Positions 1 through 9,786 of a stretch of DNA of 64,000 nucleotides are shown piece after piece. The stretch lies in contig OZ024740.1 of assembly GCA_964016885.1 (NCBI GenBank), positions 385,082,001 through 385,146,000 on the forward strand, read 5' to 3'. The DNA is from Eledone cirrhosa. Its lineage: Eukaryota. The position numbers were made by a program, and so were the translations under genes. A model generated the notes under the pieces. It did no database searches, had not been told where the DNA came from, and saw only the letters and a list, made by a program, of their open reading frames with translations. The first letter of the stretch is position 1; each line of letters starts with the position of its first letter.

Positions 1-1760
1 GACTGATAAGATACATTACCAGAAGGGCATCTTTCAGGTTGATAGCTTGTCAGTGCTACTCTTCGTTCTCTCACTAAATCCACTATCTTACCTATTCAGG
101 AAACAAGGTGGACAAAGAAGTGGGTCCAAAAGTATCTCCCATCCTTTCTTTGTTGATGACCTGAAGTTGTATGGACCAAATATCAATGACATCAAGAAAC
201 AATTGGACCTCAATACACAATTTTCAACATACATCAAAATGAAATTTGGTGAGTCCAAGTGTGCATATTTGGCAGTAAAACGTGGAAGAGCTGTGCCCTC
301 CTCTAGAAATTTAGAGATGAACGGCCTGACAATACAACCTCTACAGTCAGGTGACAACTACAGAGATCTTGGACATGATGAGAATGTCAGATATGATGGA
401 CCCATGAATAAGGAGAGAAGCAGAACTGAATAGCTCAGAAGAGTAAAGAAAATATGGTCATCAGAACTGTCAGCGTACAACAAATACATTGCACACAATA
501 CTTATGCTGTGCCAATTCTAACGCCAACATTTGGCCTGCTGAACTGGTCATTGCAAGAACTAAGTGAGATGGATGTTAGAACTCGCAAACTTCTCAGTGT
601 TACTGGGAACTTTAACATCAATGGTGATGTGGATAGGCTATCCTTCTCACGTAAGGAAGGTGGCCGGGTCTAAAATCCATATTAACATCATATGAGACCC
701 GGATAGTAACACTGAAGCAACATCTTCAACAGTGGAAAAAGGTTGACAACCATTTTGCCCAGGTTTATGAGCATGAAAAAAAACATATCATTAGAATAGC
801 CACTGATCTAGAGGAGAGATATGGAATAAAGCCTGATATAAATCTCTCAGCCAGACAAATCGGAAGATCCTATTCAACGTTCGAACAAGATGAAAAAATT
901 GACCAATTTACAGAAAAAGTTGTGCATGGATACTTGAGACGTAAAACACAGATCATAGAGGGGATACACAACTCAAAAAGACTGGCATGGAGTTCCGACA
1001 AGTTTATGACATCACACCTTGAGGGATATCTCTATGCAATACAGGAACAAGAACTCCCTACCAAATATCTGCTGCACAAAAGGGGAGGGCCATCAGCTGA
1101 CAATAAATGTAGGCTATGTAAAACAAAGATCGAGGATGTAAGCCACATTGTTGCCAGCTGCGAAAGAATGTCATCAGGCTACTACCTCCCCATGAGACAC
1201 GATAGGATAGCTAGAACCATCTGGAACGCACTTCGGAAAACAAAATTAACAACAAATGAGGAAGAATATATTGAGACAGATGGCACTAAGGAATACTGGT
1301 GGAACCTGAAAATAAAAACTGCCACCAAATGAAAGCACAACCGGCCTGATATTGTTGTTTGGGACCACACATTGAAAACGTGTTCTGTTGTGGAGATCAG
1401 CTGCCCACTTGATGTAAACGTTGTCAGAAAAATACAAGAGAAGGAGGACATCTACGGACCATTGATGAGGAGTTTACAAATCCAGTATCCAAGATACACC
1501 TTTAGCTTCATACCCATCATTATTGGAGCTACGGGTTATATACCAACCCGCTTGGACCAAAGTATGACTGAACTTGGATTTGCGGACAAAGAGCGCAGCT
1601 ACCTGATTCATAGTCTACAAATGGCTGCGATAGCTGGCACCTTCAAAATTTGCAAAACATTCTTGCGATTCAAGGGATGACAATTTCTTTTTTTTACAAC
1701 CTTGCCACCAGGAAGGTGGCCGGTCAAAAAATGATACTCGAAATTAAGAGAAAGAGATAA
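1..1760 (+). mobile_element. R4/Dong-like non-LTR retrotransposon (RT + restriction-like endonuclease), disrupted 3' part
   Basis: ORF pieces 47-433 (FVDDLKLY..MKFGESKC RT motifs), 922-1332 (CRLCK..EDVSHIVASC CCHC knuckle, RHD), HNRPDIVVWD at ~1335-1370 and 1372-1680 (VVEISCP..IIIGATG RLE). Stops and frameshifts lie between the pieces. Confidence 0.85.
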
Positions 1761-1785
1761 TATACATGCATACATACATACATAT

Positions 1786-2390
1786 ATGGTGGCTGCCAAC
1801 TCGTTTTCGAGTACGGCCACTACTTTATATCCATGTAGGAGAACCCCTACCGATGCGCTGAACGAGTGTGACTTTTTAGTCCAGCCAGCGACTTGAAAAC
1901 TCTGGTACAAACACTACACTTGTGACAACTATTGACACATAGTGCTTTGCCTTTGGTGCCATGTGACGACAGGTGCAGAGAGATCTCCAGATATAAAGCA
2001 ATGCCTGTGCCGTGAAGCTTTTATAGTGAGCAAAGGCACTGCACAAAGCCAGTCCCACTCTCTTAACCAAGATGATATTTACCAAAAAGAAGAACAAGTC
2101 AACATCATTGGATACCATCAGGGTTGCAGGTGTTATATCAGAGTTGTCCTTCTCCTAGAATTCTGCCTTGACAAAGGCTAAGGGGTCATCTCTCCCAGTG
2201 ATTTTGGATGGCCATTGACTCTTAAGAGCTCCTTTGCCCTTTGACAGGTTTTGTTTTTAGTCCTGCAGGATGTCCAAAGTCACCCTCCTCACCAAGAAAC
2301 CTTGGTGAGGTTGCCAGTTTAGTCGCCAACGACCCGACCATGAGACAGTTTGTACTGGGATACATGTTACCAGTAGCACCAAGTCGTGAC
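1786..2390 (-). mobile_element. Bipartite non-autonomous RTE-derived element (RTE-like 5' UTR joined to RTE 3' end)
   Basis: The minus strand has an RTE-5'UTR-like motif (ctaggagaaggacaactctga), then a C-terminal C2H2 finger HKCSVCTRVFKSLAGLKSHTRSAHR* (~1925-1847), a 3' hairpin actcgaaaacgagt and an (ATGT)n tail. No RT lies in between. Confidence 0.6.
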
Positions 2391-2446
2391 ATACATACAT
2401 ACATACATACATACATACATACATACATACATAATACATACATACA

Positions 2447-2480
<34 letters not shown>

Positions 2481-2486
2481 CATACA

Positions 2487-2517
<31 letters not shown>

Positions 2518-2633
2518 GCATATACATATTTATGGACACGTACACATATATATATATATATATATATACTCACTCACACAAATATATATGTATGTGTGTG
2601 TGTTTGTATGCGTGTAAATATATATATATATAT
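2391..2633. repeat. (CATA)n / (TA)n microsatellite
   Basis: Direct reading. Confidence 0.97.
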
Positions 2634-3696
2634 TCAACCATGGGAGTCATAATAATAACAGTATAAGGCCCGACGTCAATGTAAACTCTAGGCAAAATAA
2701 CACAAGTATAAATACGACGTCAAACGTAACTTTGAGGAATGCATCAAATAGTTACGTAAATCTAGAAACTTTAGCACCTCCTTTATTTAATTCCACCACT
2801 CCTGATCTTAATATAATTAATCCTGTAAATAATCTTAATCGTAAATGCAACTGCCCTATTAGAACTAATTGTCCTCTTAGTAATTTCTGTCTCGATAAAA
2901 CCTAGTATACGAATGTAAAGTGGTAACTAGTACCAATTCCTCTACCTACATTGGCTCTACTTCGACCTCCTTTAAAGCAAGATTCTATAATCATGCTTCT
3001 ACATTTAAATCTCCATTTAAAAGGACCAGCACCGCACTCTCAGAACTTATTTGGTCCTTAAAAGACAAAAACATAAATTACGAAATTTCTTGGCGTAAAA
3101 TCTACAACGCATCTCCATACCCCAATGCTTCCATATCTAGTGTTTGTAATTTATGTCTAGTTGAAAGATTTACCATTATCTCGAATTTGAACACAATAAT
3201 AAATCGAAGAACCGATTTATTTGGACTTTGTAATCATAAATCCTACAAGACCTTTCACAAAGTATATAGCTGATGTCCTATAACATAGTCCACGAGTCAC
3301 TATTATCTTTACACATCTTTCATTATATTTTACAATGTATTATTTTGGTTTTCTCATAATATATTAAGCCTTTGATCGTCTTTTCTATAGCCTTAGATTT
3401 TAGCTCAAACCTTCGTAGATTTTGTAAACAAAATATGACGTCATATTGTAATAGATTTTCTCTACGTTTTTTCTACGTTTATAAATCGTTCTAGCAATTT
3501 CCTTTATTTACTTGTTGATATGAAATAAAAATTAAATAGTATACCCCACATATATATTTTTACTAGAAATTATTAATTTTGAGATAGATAGACTATTTTT
3601 ATTATATTTTATAAAAATCTTTTCATATTTATTTTATTAATACATTTTTACACTTCTTAAACCAATTTTTAGTATTTAAACCCAATATAAAATAAT

Positions 3697-3874
3697 TGTT
3701 TCTACTTTAGGCACAAGGCCAGCAATTTCCCAGTGTATTACTGGTACTTTATTTTATCGACCCCGAAAGGATGAAAGGCAAAGTCAACCTCGGCGGGATT
3801 TGAACTCAGATGGTAAAGGGGCGTAACTATGCTGGAAAGCATGGCGTCCGACCCTCTACTGATACTGCCAATCC
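3697..3874 (-). mobile_element. tRNA-derived SINE with Nin/Deu-like core
   Basis: Minus strand: A-box-like tggcagtatcagt, B-box gagttcaaatcc, core gactttgcctttcatcctttcggggtcgataaaataaagtaccagt. 19-bp TSD aaacccaatataaaataat at 3678-3696 and 3875-3893. Several other copies occur in the window. Confidence 0.9.
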
Positions 3875-4021
3875 AAACCCAATATAAAATAATATACCCA
3901 GTTTCTATATTTAGACCTCTAATATTTGAATACCTTCTATAATATTCCCACATACACCTCATCAATTTATTTTTTAACCGTTATTTACAGCTGTTTTCAA
4001 TTTGACAGCGTTCTTGATCAA

Positions 4022-4112
<91 letters not shown>

Positions 4113-4288
4113 TCTCTCTCTCTTCTTCCTTCTTTATTCTTTCTTTTTCTTTTCCTTTTTCTCTTCTTCTTTCCTTTTCTTCTATGTTCCTATCCATTTC
4201 TTACTATAGTATCAAAACATATATTTCTGTAGACTTAGCTCTTTCCTATAAACAAGTGGTATTATGCCTCATATCATTGTACCCTATT

Positions 4289-4351
4289 TTTTATCTGAAG
4301 AGAACGCATCTGTCCCAAGATGATTTTGTATTCGAAATACGTATAATAAAA
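4289..4351 (+). ncRNA. Type I hammerhead ribozyme (PLE pLTR)
   Basis: ttttat CTGAAGA gaa..ttc GAAA tacgta TA ataaaa; stem I 6 bp; palindromic stem III ATACGTAT. Confidence 0.8.
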
Positions 4352-4387
4352 TGTATGGATCTCTTATAAGCATCTTTATTTCATCTT

Positions 4388-4415
<28 letters not shown>

Positions 4416-4418
<3 letters not shown>

Positions 4419-5456
4419 ACGAAGGAAATGTGGTAAGGAACCAGGTGGACCATAACGCACCAAAGTACTCAATACTTGAGGTAGTAGAGTGGGTAATAGG
4501 AACCAGTAAGACCCCGACAGCTGAGCTCAAGCCGTTTCGACGGCTAATTCTGGACTAAATGAAAATTTATCCTGGTATTTAAATAGCCGATCTTCTCAAG
4601 GGGTAATTCCATATATGGTCAAAGTGATTGTCAAAAATCAGTAGTAATTCTGTGGTTGCAAATTAGTAGGGGAGATGGTGGCTAAACCTGCCAGTAGGAG
4701 AAAGAGGGGAGGGGGTGGAGTAGACCCAATCAAGCGTTGGTAGTGCCAGCTACAGCTGGGCATGAGGTCAAAGAAGATACAGGGGAGGGGGAGGGGGAGG
4801 AAGTCGGAACGGTAGGTAGAACAATGGGGGGTAGAAATATATAGGAAAGAAAAGAAAAAATACTGAGAGTGAAGAAAAGCAAATAAGTGTAAAGAAAAAA
4901 GTAAAGTAAATTAAATTCTACGACCTAGGTCTCAGGCTATTGTAAGGCTAGAATAAAATAAAGAAAGAAAGAAAGAAGTAAAGAAATAAATAAATAAAGA
5001 AATAACGAAATAAGTAAAAGAACTAGGTGGGACGGATAGGCAAGGACCCTTTTAAGAGGTATAAGTACGTAAATGATACGGTGACGGGTCAACAAAAGGG
5101 GCCAAAATACTAAAGAGACTACCACGAAATAAACAATAAAGGTTTCCATCCCGGGCCAGCAACGACCCAGTGCAGCAAAGTGAACTTGTACGAGATAATA
5201 ATTCTGAGTCCCGAGAAAAATATATACTAATGCTAACTCTAAAAGATCTAAAACAAGCTACATGAAAGTTCGTACGAAATAAAGGTAGAATACGGAAAAA
5301 TAAATTCAGAATCCACCCCGCCCAGAAGAAAAGCGAAGCAAGAAATACTGAAACGAAAAAATAAGGCATAAGTGCCACTAAGAAATATAGGGGGCACAGA
5401 GAATAGTGGGAGCGGTCGGAAAAAGGGGGCAAGTATCCGGGGTCTAAGCCAACTGC
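4416..5456 (-). repeat. 3' pseudo-LTR
   Basis: Near-identical to 7971-9009. Confidence 0.95.
4511..4604 (-). ncRNA. Hammerhead ribozyme, U3-A8 core variant with extended stem II
   Basis: acccc TTGAGAA gatcggcta..tagccgtc GAAA cggct-tgagctc-agctg TC ggggt. Confidence 0.8.
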
Positions 5457-5720
5457 TTTAAAGGGCGGAGTCCGCCAAATCTATCATAGACTAGGGGAGG
5501 GGTTGGTGGGGGTACTAAGGCTACATGGGGCCAAAGGGCAGCCTCGGGTGGGCGAGAAAAAACGCCGACAAAGGAGACGAGCTGGGGTAGAAGGACTAAG
5601 GAGAGAGGGGGGAAGGAAATAAAGGAAGCGATAAAAGAATACAAAGAAGATCTTACGTCTTCCTTGGCAAGCAGGGGTTACCCATTGCAAAATCGGCAAG
5701 TGGAGTGTTATAGCCCTAGT

Positions 5721-7880
5721 CTACCCCCCCCCCCCCGGGTCATTATGGGGTTTGAGGGCGAGGTAAGTCCTACGCAATCTATCTTTACATGCAGTGACCA
5801 GTTCATCTTTCTTGTTTAGGAGTTGGTTCGTCGAAAACAGCATTTGTAAAGTTTCCTCCGAGCATAAATTGCACGGACGGCGTCCTCCCGTGTAAGAATT
5901 GGCTCTGGACAGTAATCTCCAAGTGAGATCATAGGTGATGTTGTTGTCCTTGAGGTCCCATATGTGGCCCGAAAGTGTAGTGGCGTGACGCCGGGCCGGG
6001 TTTCGGAAGGTATGTCTATGTTGGTATAGCCGGGTCTTGAAGTCACATGCGGTAAGTCCTATATAGGCTTTGTTGGAGGTATCCGTCCTCACGTTGCACT
6101 GGTAGATCACATTACGGTCTCTGCATCTATTGTCGAGTGGGCAAATAGATCTATCCGGGCAGTTACACCTCCTGGTCGGTTCTCCACTGCTATTTAGGTT
6201 ATTTCTGCCATCGGGGTTGAGTTTTTTGTTGTTAGAGGAAACGATGTTTTGTGCGAAGTTTGGTGTAGTGCTGTAAGAGAGTTTGATGGTATTTTTGTTA
6301 ATTATGTTGTGGTAGCGGTGTTGTAATGGGAAGTGTTTTTCAATGAGCCTAAAGAATAGTTTCCCGGTGGGAGCTGTCACCTCTGCGTTGTGGGGAGGAT
6401 TGAACCATGTTACATTGCGTGAGCGGCGGTGTCTCCTGCTGGTTCCGCTAATGGGAGCAGGACAGTAGGATATTTCCTCCCGGAAACCACTCCGCTTGAG
6501 GGCCTGGTTGTAATAAGGCGCGTGTTCATCGAATATCCGCTCATTAGCTGACAAACGGGATATGCGGAGGGAGATGTTTTTGACCAGGTTGTTTGTGATG
6601 TTCCTAGGATGGTTTGATCGGCGGTGGATGTAGTGCAGATTGTCATTAGGTTTCCTGTATGGGTAGTACAGGTCGTTTTCGAGGTCGAGGGTCACGTCCA
6701 GGAAGTTTACTCGGGTCAGGTACGTTTGTAGGGTTATTTTAAATCCCCAGTCGCGGAAGAATCTGATTAATTGTTTCCGGACCCGATCTGTACTACTGGG
6801 GTTGTACCCTTTAAGGGTAAGGAGCCCATCATCACGGTACAATCCACCACCGAATGCAGGAAACATATCAGTGAGTTTGGCTATTAGGAATAATCCTATA
6901 AGATCTGTGACCTCCGCCGAATCCGTGGCGCCCATGCTGACGTCGAAGGGTGAGTCGGGAGCTCTTTTTATCCATTTAGAGTCGTCAAAGAGTAAGACTG
7001 TCTTCCTGGCGTGGAGGATGATTTTTCTTTCCTGGTCGGTGATGGGCACAAGTGTTTCGGCGAAGTCCAATGCGGCAGTAAGTAGCGGTAAGGTGATTGA
7101 AGCATAGTAGCTCTCTATGTCGAACTGTATCAATTTAGTTTCTCGTTTATCCTCCATATTGCTGAACCAGGAGATTACTTCCTGGGTGTTGATCCATAGG
7201 CTAAGTCGGGTGTGTTGCTTGACTTTTGGTATCACGCGGTCTAGGATTTTTTTGCTGATTCTCCCTATGTCGGACTTCGTTGGGTTAATAAGCCTGATAG
7301 AGGGTTTACGGTCAAAATCGGATTTATGGTCCTTCAGTGTGAAGTATGGTGTCCGTGGGTCTAGAGGTTCCGTGCGGTCGGCGACCCCGAGGCTGGAGGT
7401 GATTTGTTGTCCATCTCCATTTATGTCCTCGATGCAAGAGTGGTTGGCCTTTTTATAGGTGGAGTTTAGGCTGCTCCTGATCAGTGTGTGGTATCTGTCA
7501 GGGTTGACAAAGTATAGGTTCCCAGTTTTATCCGAATGCACCATGATGTCATTTGTGTTATCATACTCTGTTAAGTTGCTACGGAGTTTTTGTAGGAATC
7601 GGTTGTGTCTGGGTTTAAATTTAATGTTCTTGACCAGTTGGAAGAGGTCATTCTCGAAGGGTGCGAGCAAGGGGTTCAGGGGCGGAGATTTGTAGGTAAT
7701 AAATCCGAATCTCTCCTTGGTGCCGAAGTCTTGGTTGTCGCAATATCTGTCATAGAAAAAAGTTCTCCATCTAAGTCTTTTCGCAAATAGATCGATTTTT
7801 TGCGTGAGCATCCGAAGGTAAAGTTTTTTCGGTGGGATTGGGATGTTCTTGGTAGAGAAGTCAATGTTGTGTTTTCGCAT
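5721..7880 (-). CDS. Penelope-like (Naiad-type) reverse transcriptase + GIY-YIG endonuclease, 719 aa from first ATG (frame open upstream to a TTG at 8027)
   Basis: N-terminal STKNIPIP..KRLRWRTFF; RT motifs FDIESYYASI, MGATDSAEV, LYRDDG; WFNPP; CNC-x5-CP-x4-C linker; VIYQC..AYIGLT..FKTRLYQH; CNLCSEE. Confidence 0.95.
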   Translation of the reverse strand: MRKHNIDFSTKNIPIPPKKLYLRMLTQKIDLFAKRLRWRTFFYDRYCDNQDFGTKERFGFITYKSPPLNPLLAPFENDLFQLVKNIKFKPRHNRFLQKLRSNLTEYDNTNDIMVHSDKTGNLYFVNPDRYHTLIRSSLNSTYKKANHSCIEDINGDGQQITSSLGVADRTEPLDPRTPYFTLKDHKSDFDRKPSIRLINPTKSDIGRISKKILDRVIPKVKQHTRLSLWINTQEVISWFSNMEDKRETKLIQFDIESYYASITLPLLTAALDFAETLVPITDQERKIILHARKTVLLFDDSKWIKRAPDSPFDVSMGATDSAEVTDLIGLFLIAKLTDMFPAFGGGLYRDDGLLTLKGYNPSSTDRVRKQLIRFFRDWGFKITLQTYLTRVNFLDVTLDLENDLYYPYRKPNDNLHYIHRRSNHPRNITNNLVKNISLRISRLSANERIFDEHAPYYNQALKRSGFREEISYCPAPISGTSRRHRRSRNVTWFNPPHNAEVTAPTGKLFFRLIEKHFPLQHRYHNIINKNTIKLSYSTTPNFAQNIVSSNNKKLNPDGRNNLNSSGEPTRRCNCPDRSICPLDNRCRDRNVIYQCNVRTDTSNKAYIGLTACDFKTRLYQHRHTFRNPARRHATTLSGHIWDLKDNNITYDLTWRLLSRANSYTGGRRPCNLCSEETLQMLFSTNQLLNKKDELVTACKDRLRRTYLALKPHNDPGGGG

Positions 7881-7970
7881 GGTGCGGGTGAAATGAATTG
7901 AGCTTAGCGGAAAAGTCTGGATACGGCGTGGTAGGGTCGGAAAGTGCTCTACTACGGGAGTAGGAGCTAG

Positions 7971-9009
7971 ATAACGAAGGAAATGTGGTAAGGAACCAGG
8001 TGGACCATAACGCACCAAAGTACTCAATACTTGAGGTAGTAGAGTGGGTAATAGGAACCAGTAAGACCCCGACAGCTGAGCTCAAGCCGTTTCGACGGCT
8101 AATTCTGGACTAAATGAAAATTTATCCTGGTATTTAAATAGCCGATCTTCTCAAGGGGTAATTCCATATATGGTCAAAGTGATTGTCAAAAATCAGTAGT
8201 AATTCTGTGGTTGCAAATTAGTAGGGGAGATGGTGGCTAAACCTGCCAGTAGGAGAAAGAGGGGAGGGGTGGAGTAGACCCAATCAAGCGTTGGTAGTGC
8301 CAGCTACAGCTGGGCATGGGGTCAAAGAAGATACAGGGGAGGGGGAGGGGGAGGAAGTCGGAACGGTAGGTAGAACAATGGGGGGTAGAAATATATAGGA
8401 AAGAAAAGAAAAAATACTGAGAGTGAAGAAAAGCAAATAAGTGTAAAGAAAAAAGTAAAGTAAATTAAATTCTACGACCTAGGTCTCAGGCTATTGTAAG
8501 GCTAGAATAAAATAAAGAAAGAAAGAAAGAAGTAAAGAAATAAATAAATAAAGAAATAACGAAATAAGTAAATAACTAGGTGGCACGGATAGGCAAGGAC
8601 CCTTTTAAGAGGTATAAGTACGTAAATGATACGGTGACGGGTCAACAAAAGGGGCCAAAATACTAAAGAGACTACCACGAAATAAACAATAAAGGTTTCC
8701 ATCCCGGGCCAGCAACGACCCAGTGCAGCAAAGTGAACTTGTACGAGATAATAATTCTGAGTCCCGAGAAAAATATATACTAATGCTAACTCTAAAAGAT
8801 CTAAAACAAGCTACATGAAAGTTCGTACGAAATAAAGGTAGAATACGGAGAAATAAATTCAGAATCCACCCCGCCCAGAAGAAAAGCGAAGCAAGAAATA
8901 CTGAAACGAAAAAATAAGGCATAAGTGCCACTAAGAAATATAGAGGGCACAGAGAATAGTGGGAGCGGTCGGAAAAAGGGGGCAAGTATCCGGGGTCTAA
9001 GCCAACTGC
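7971..9009 (-). repeat. 5' pseudo-LTR
   Basis: Near-identical to 4416-5456. Confidence 0.95.
8066..8159 (-). ncRNA. Hammerhead ribozyme, U3-A8 variant (5' pLTR copy)
   Basis: Same sequence as 4511-4604. Confidence 0.8.
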
Positions 9010-9062
9010 AGGTTTAGCCACCATCTGCAGGTTTAGCCACCATCTGCAGGTTTAGCCACCAT
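9006..9062. repeat. 3 x 19-bp tandem repeat (ctgcaggtttagccaccat) at the PLE inversion junction
   Basis: Direct reading. Confidence 0.95.
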
Positions 9063-9132
9063 CTCCCCTACTTATTTGCAACCACAGAATTACTACTGAT
9101 TTTTGACAATCACTTTGACCATATATGGAATT

Positions 9133-9226
9133 ACCCCTTGAGAAGATCGGCTATTTAAATACCAGGATAAATTTTCATTTAGTCCAGAATTAGCCGTCGA
9201 AACGGCTTGAGCTCAGCTGTCGGGGT
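9133..9226 (+). ncRNA. Hammerhead ribozyme, U3-A8 variant (inverted copy)
   Basis: Same motif on the + strand within the inverted 5' segment. Confidence 0.8.
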
Positions 9227-9261
9227 CTTACTGGTTCCTATATATATATATATATATATAC

Positions 9262-9480
<219 letters not shown>

Positions 9481-9786
9481 GATAGAGTGTGGAGATAAAC
9501 ATATATACATATATATATACGATGATTTCATATTTATTTAAAACCTCAGTTTCCTAAATCTCCCCAAAGTTAACTTCAAATTGCTGATCAGAGATTACAT
9601 TTTAACACACAGAAACTGTGTTGTTCCTCTTCGTCAAGATTGACAATATTTATATGGCAGATGTAACATTACCTACAGTGTTTACTAAAGATCATACACT
9701 AAACATCGATGGTGACACTACAACCAATAACAAGACCAACGTATTCTACAACTACCACCAAGTTAATTTTGATTATATATATATAT

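Larger units (their letters stand above)
2800..4392 (+). mobile_element. 5'-truncated Naiad-type Penelope-like element (GIY-YIG end + 3' UTR/pLTR)
   Basis: KCNCPIRTNCPLSNFC at ~2843; ORF 2920-3273 TYIGST..FKARFYNH..TALSELIWSLK..CNLCLVE; HHR at 4289-4351; ends at (TA)n. Confidence 0.8.
4416..9241 (-). mobile_element. Apparently intact Naiad-type Penelope-like element: pLTR-ORF-pLTR with inverted 5' segment, inserted in (TA)n
   Basis: Near-identical direct repeats 4416-5456 and 7971-9009; uninterrupted RT+GIY-YIG ORF; 9046-9241 is the reverse complement of 8051-8246; (TA)n on both sides. Confidence 0.95.

Noticed and set aside
3790-3874. tRNA gene (A/B boxes)
   Set aside because: It is the head of a multi-copy SINE with TSD; no cloverleaf
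5721-8027. Selenoprotein-type Naiad (in-frame UGA recoded as Sec, reported for some Naiads)
   Set aside because: The ORF is uninterrupted, the Cys motifs use Cys codons and the stop is TAG; no in-frame UGA to explain
4416-9009. LTR retrotransposon
   Set aside because: No TG..CA ends, PBS, gag, protease or integrase; RT + GIY-YIG identify a Penelope-like element
9006-9062. CRISPR-like repeats (also Helitron internal repeats 46129-46450)
   Set aside because: No unique spacers, no cas genes, eukaryotic context
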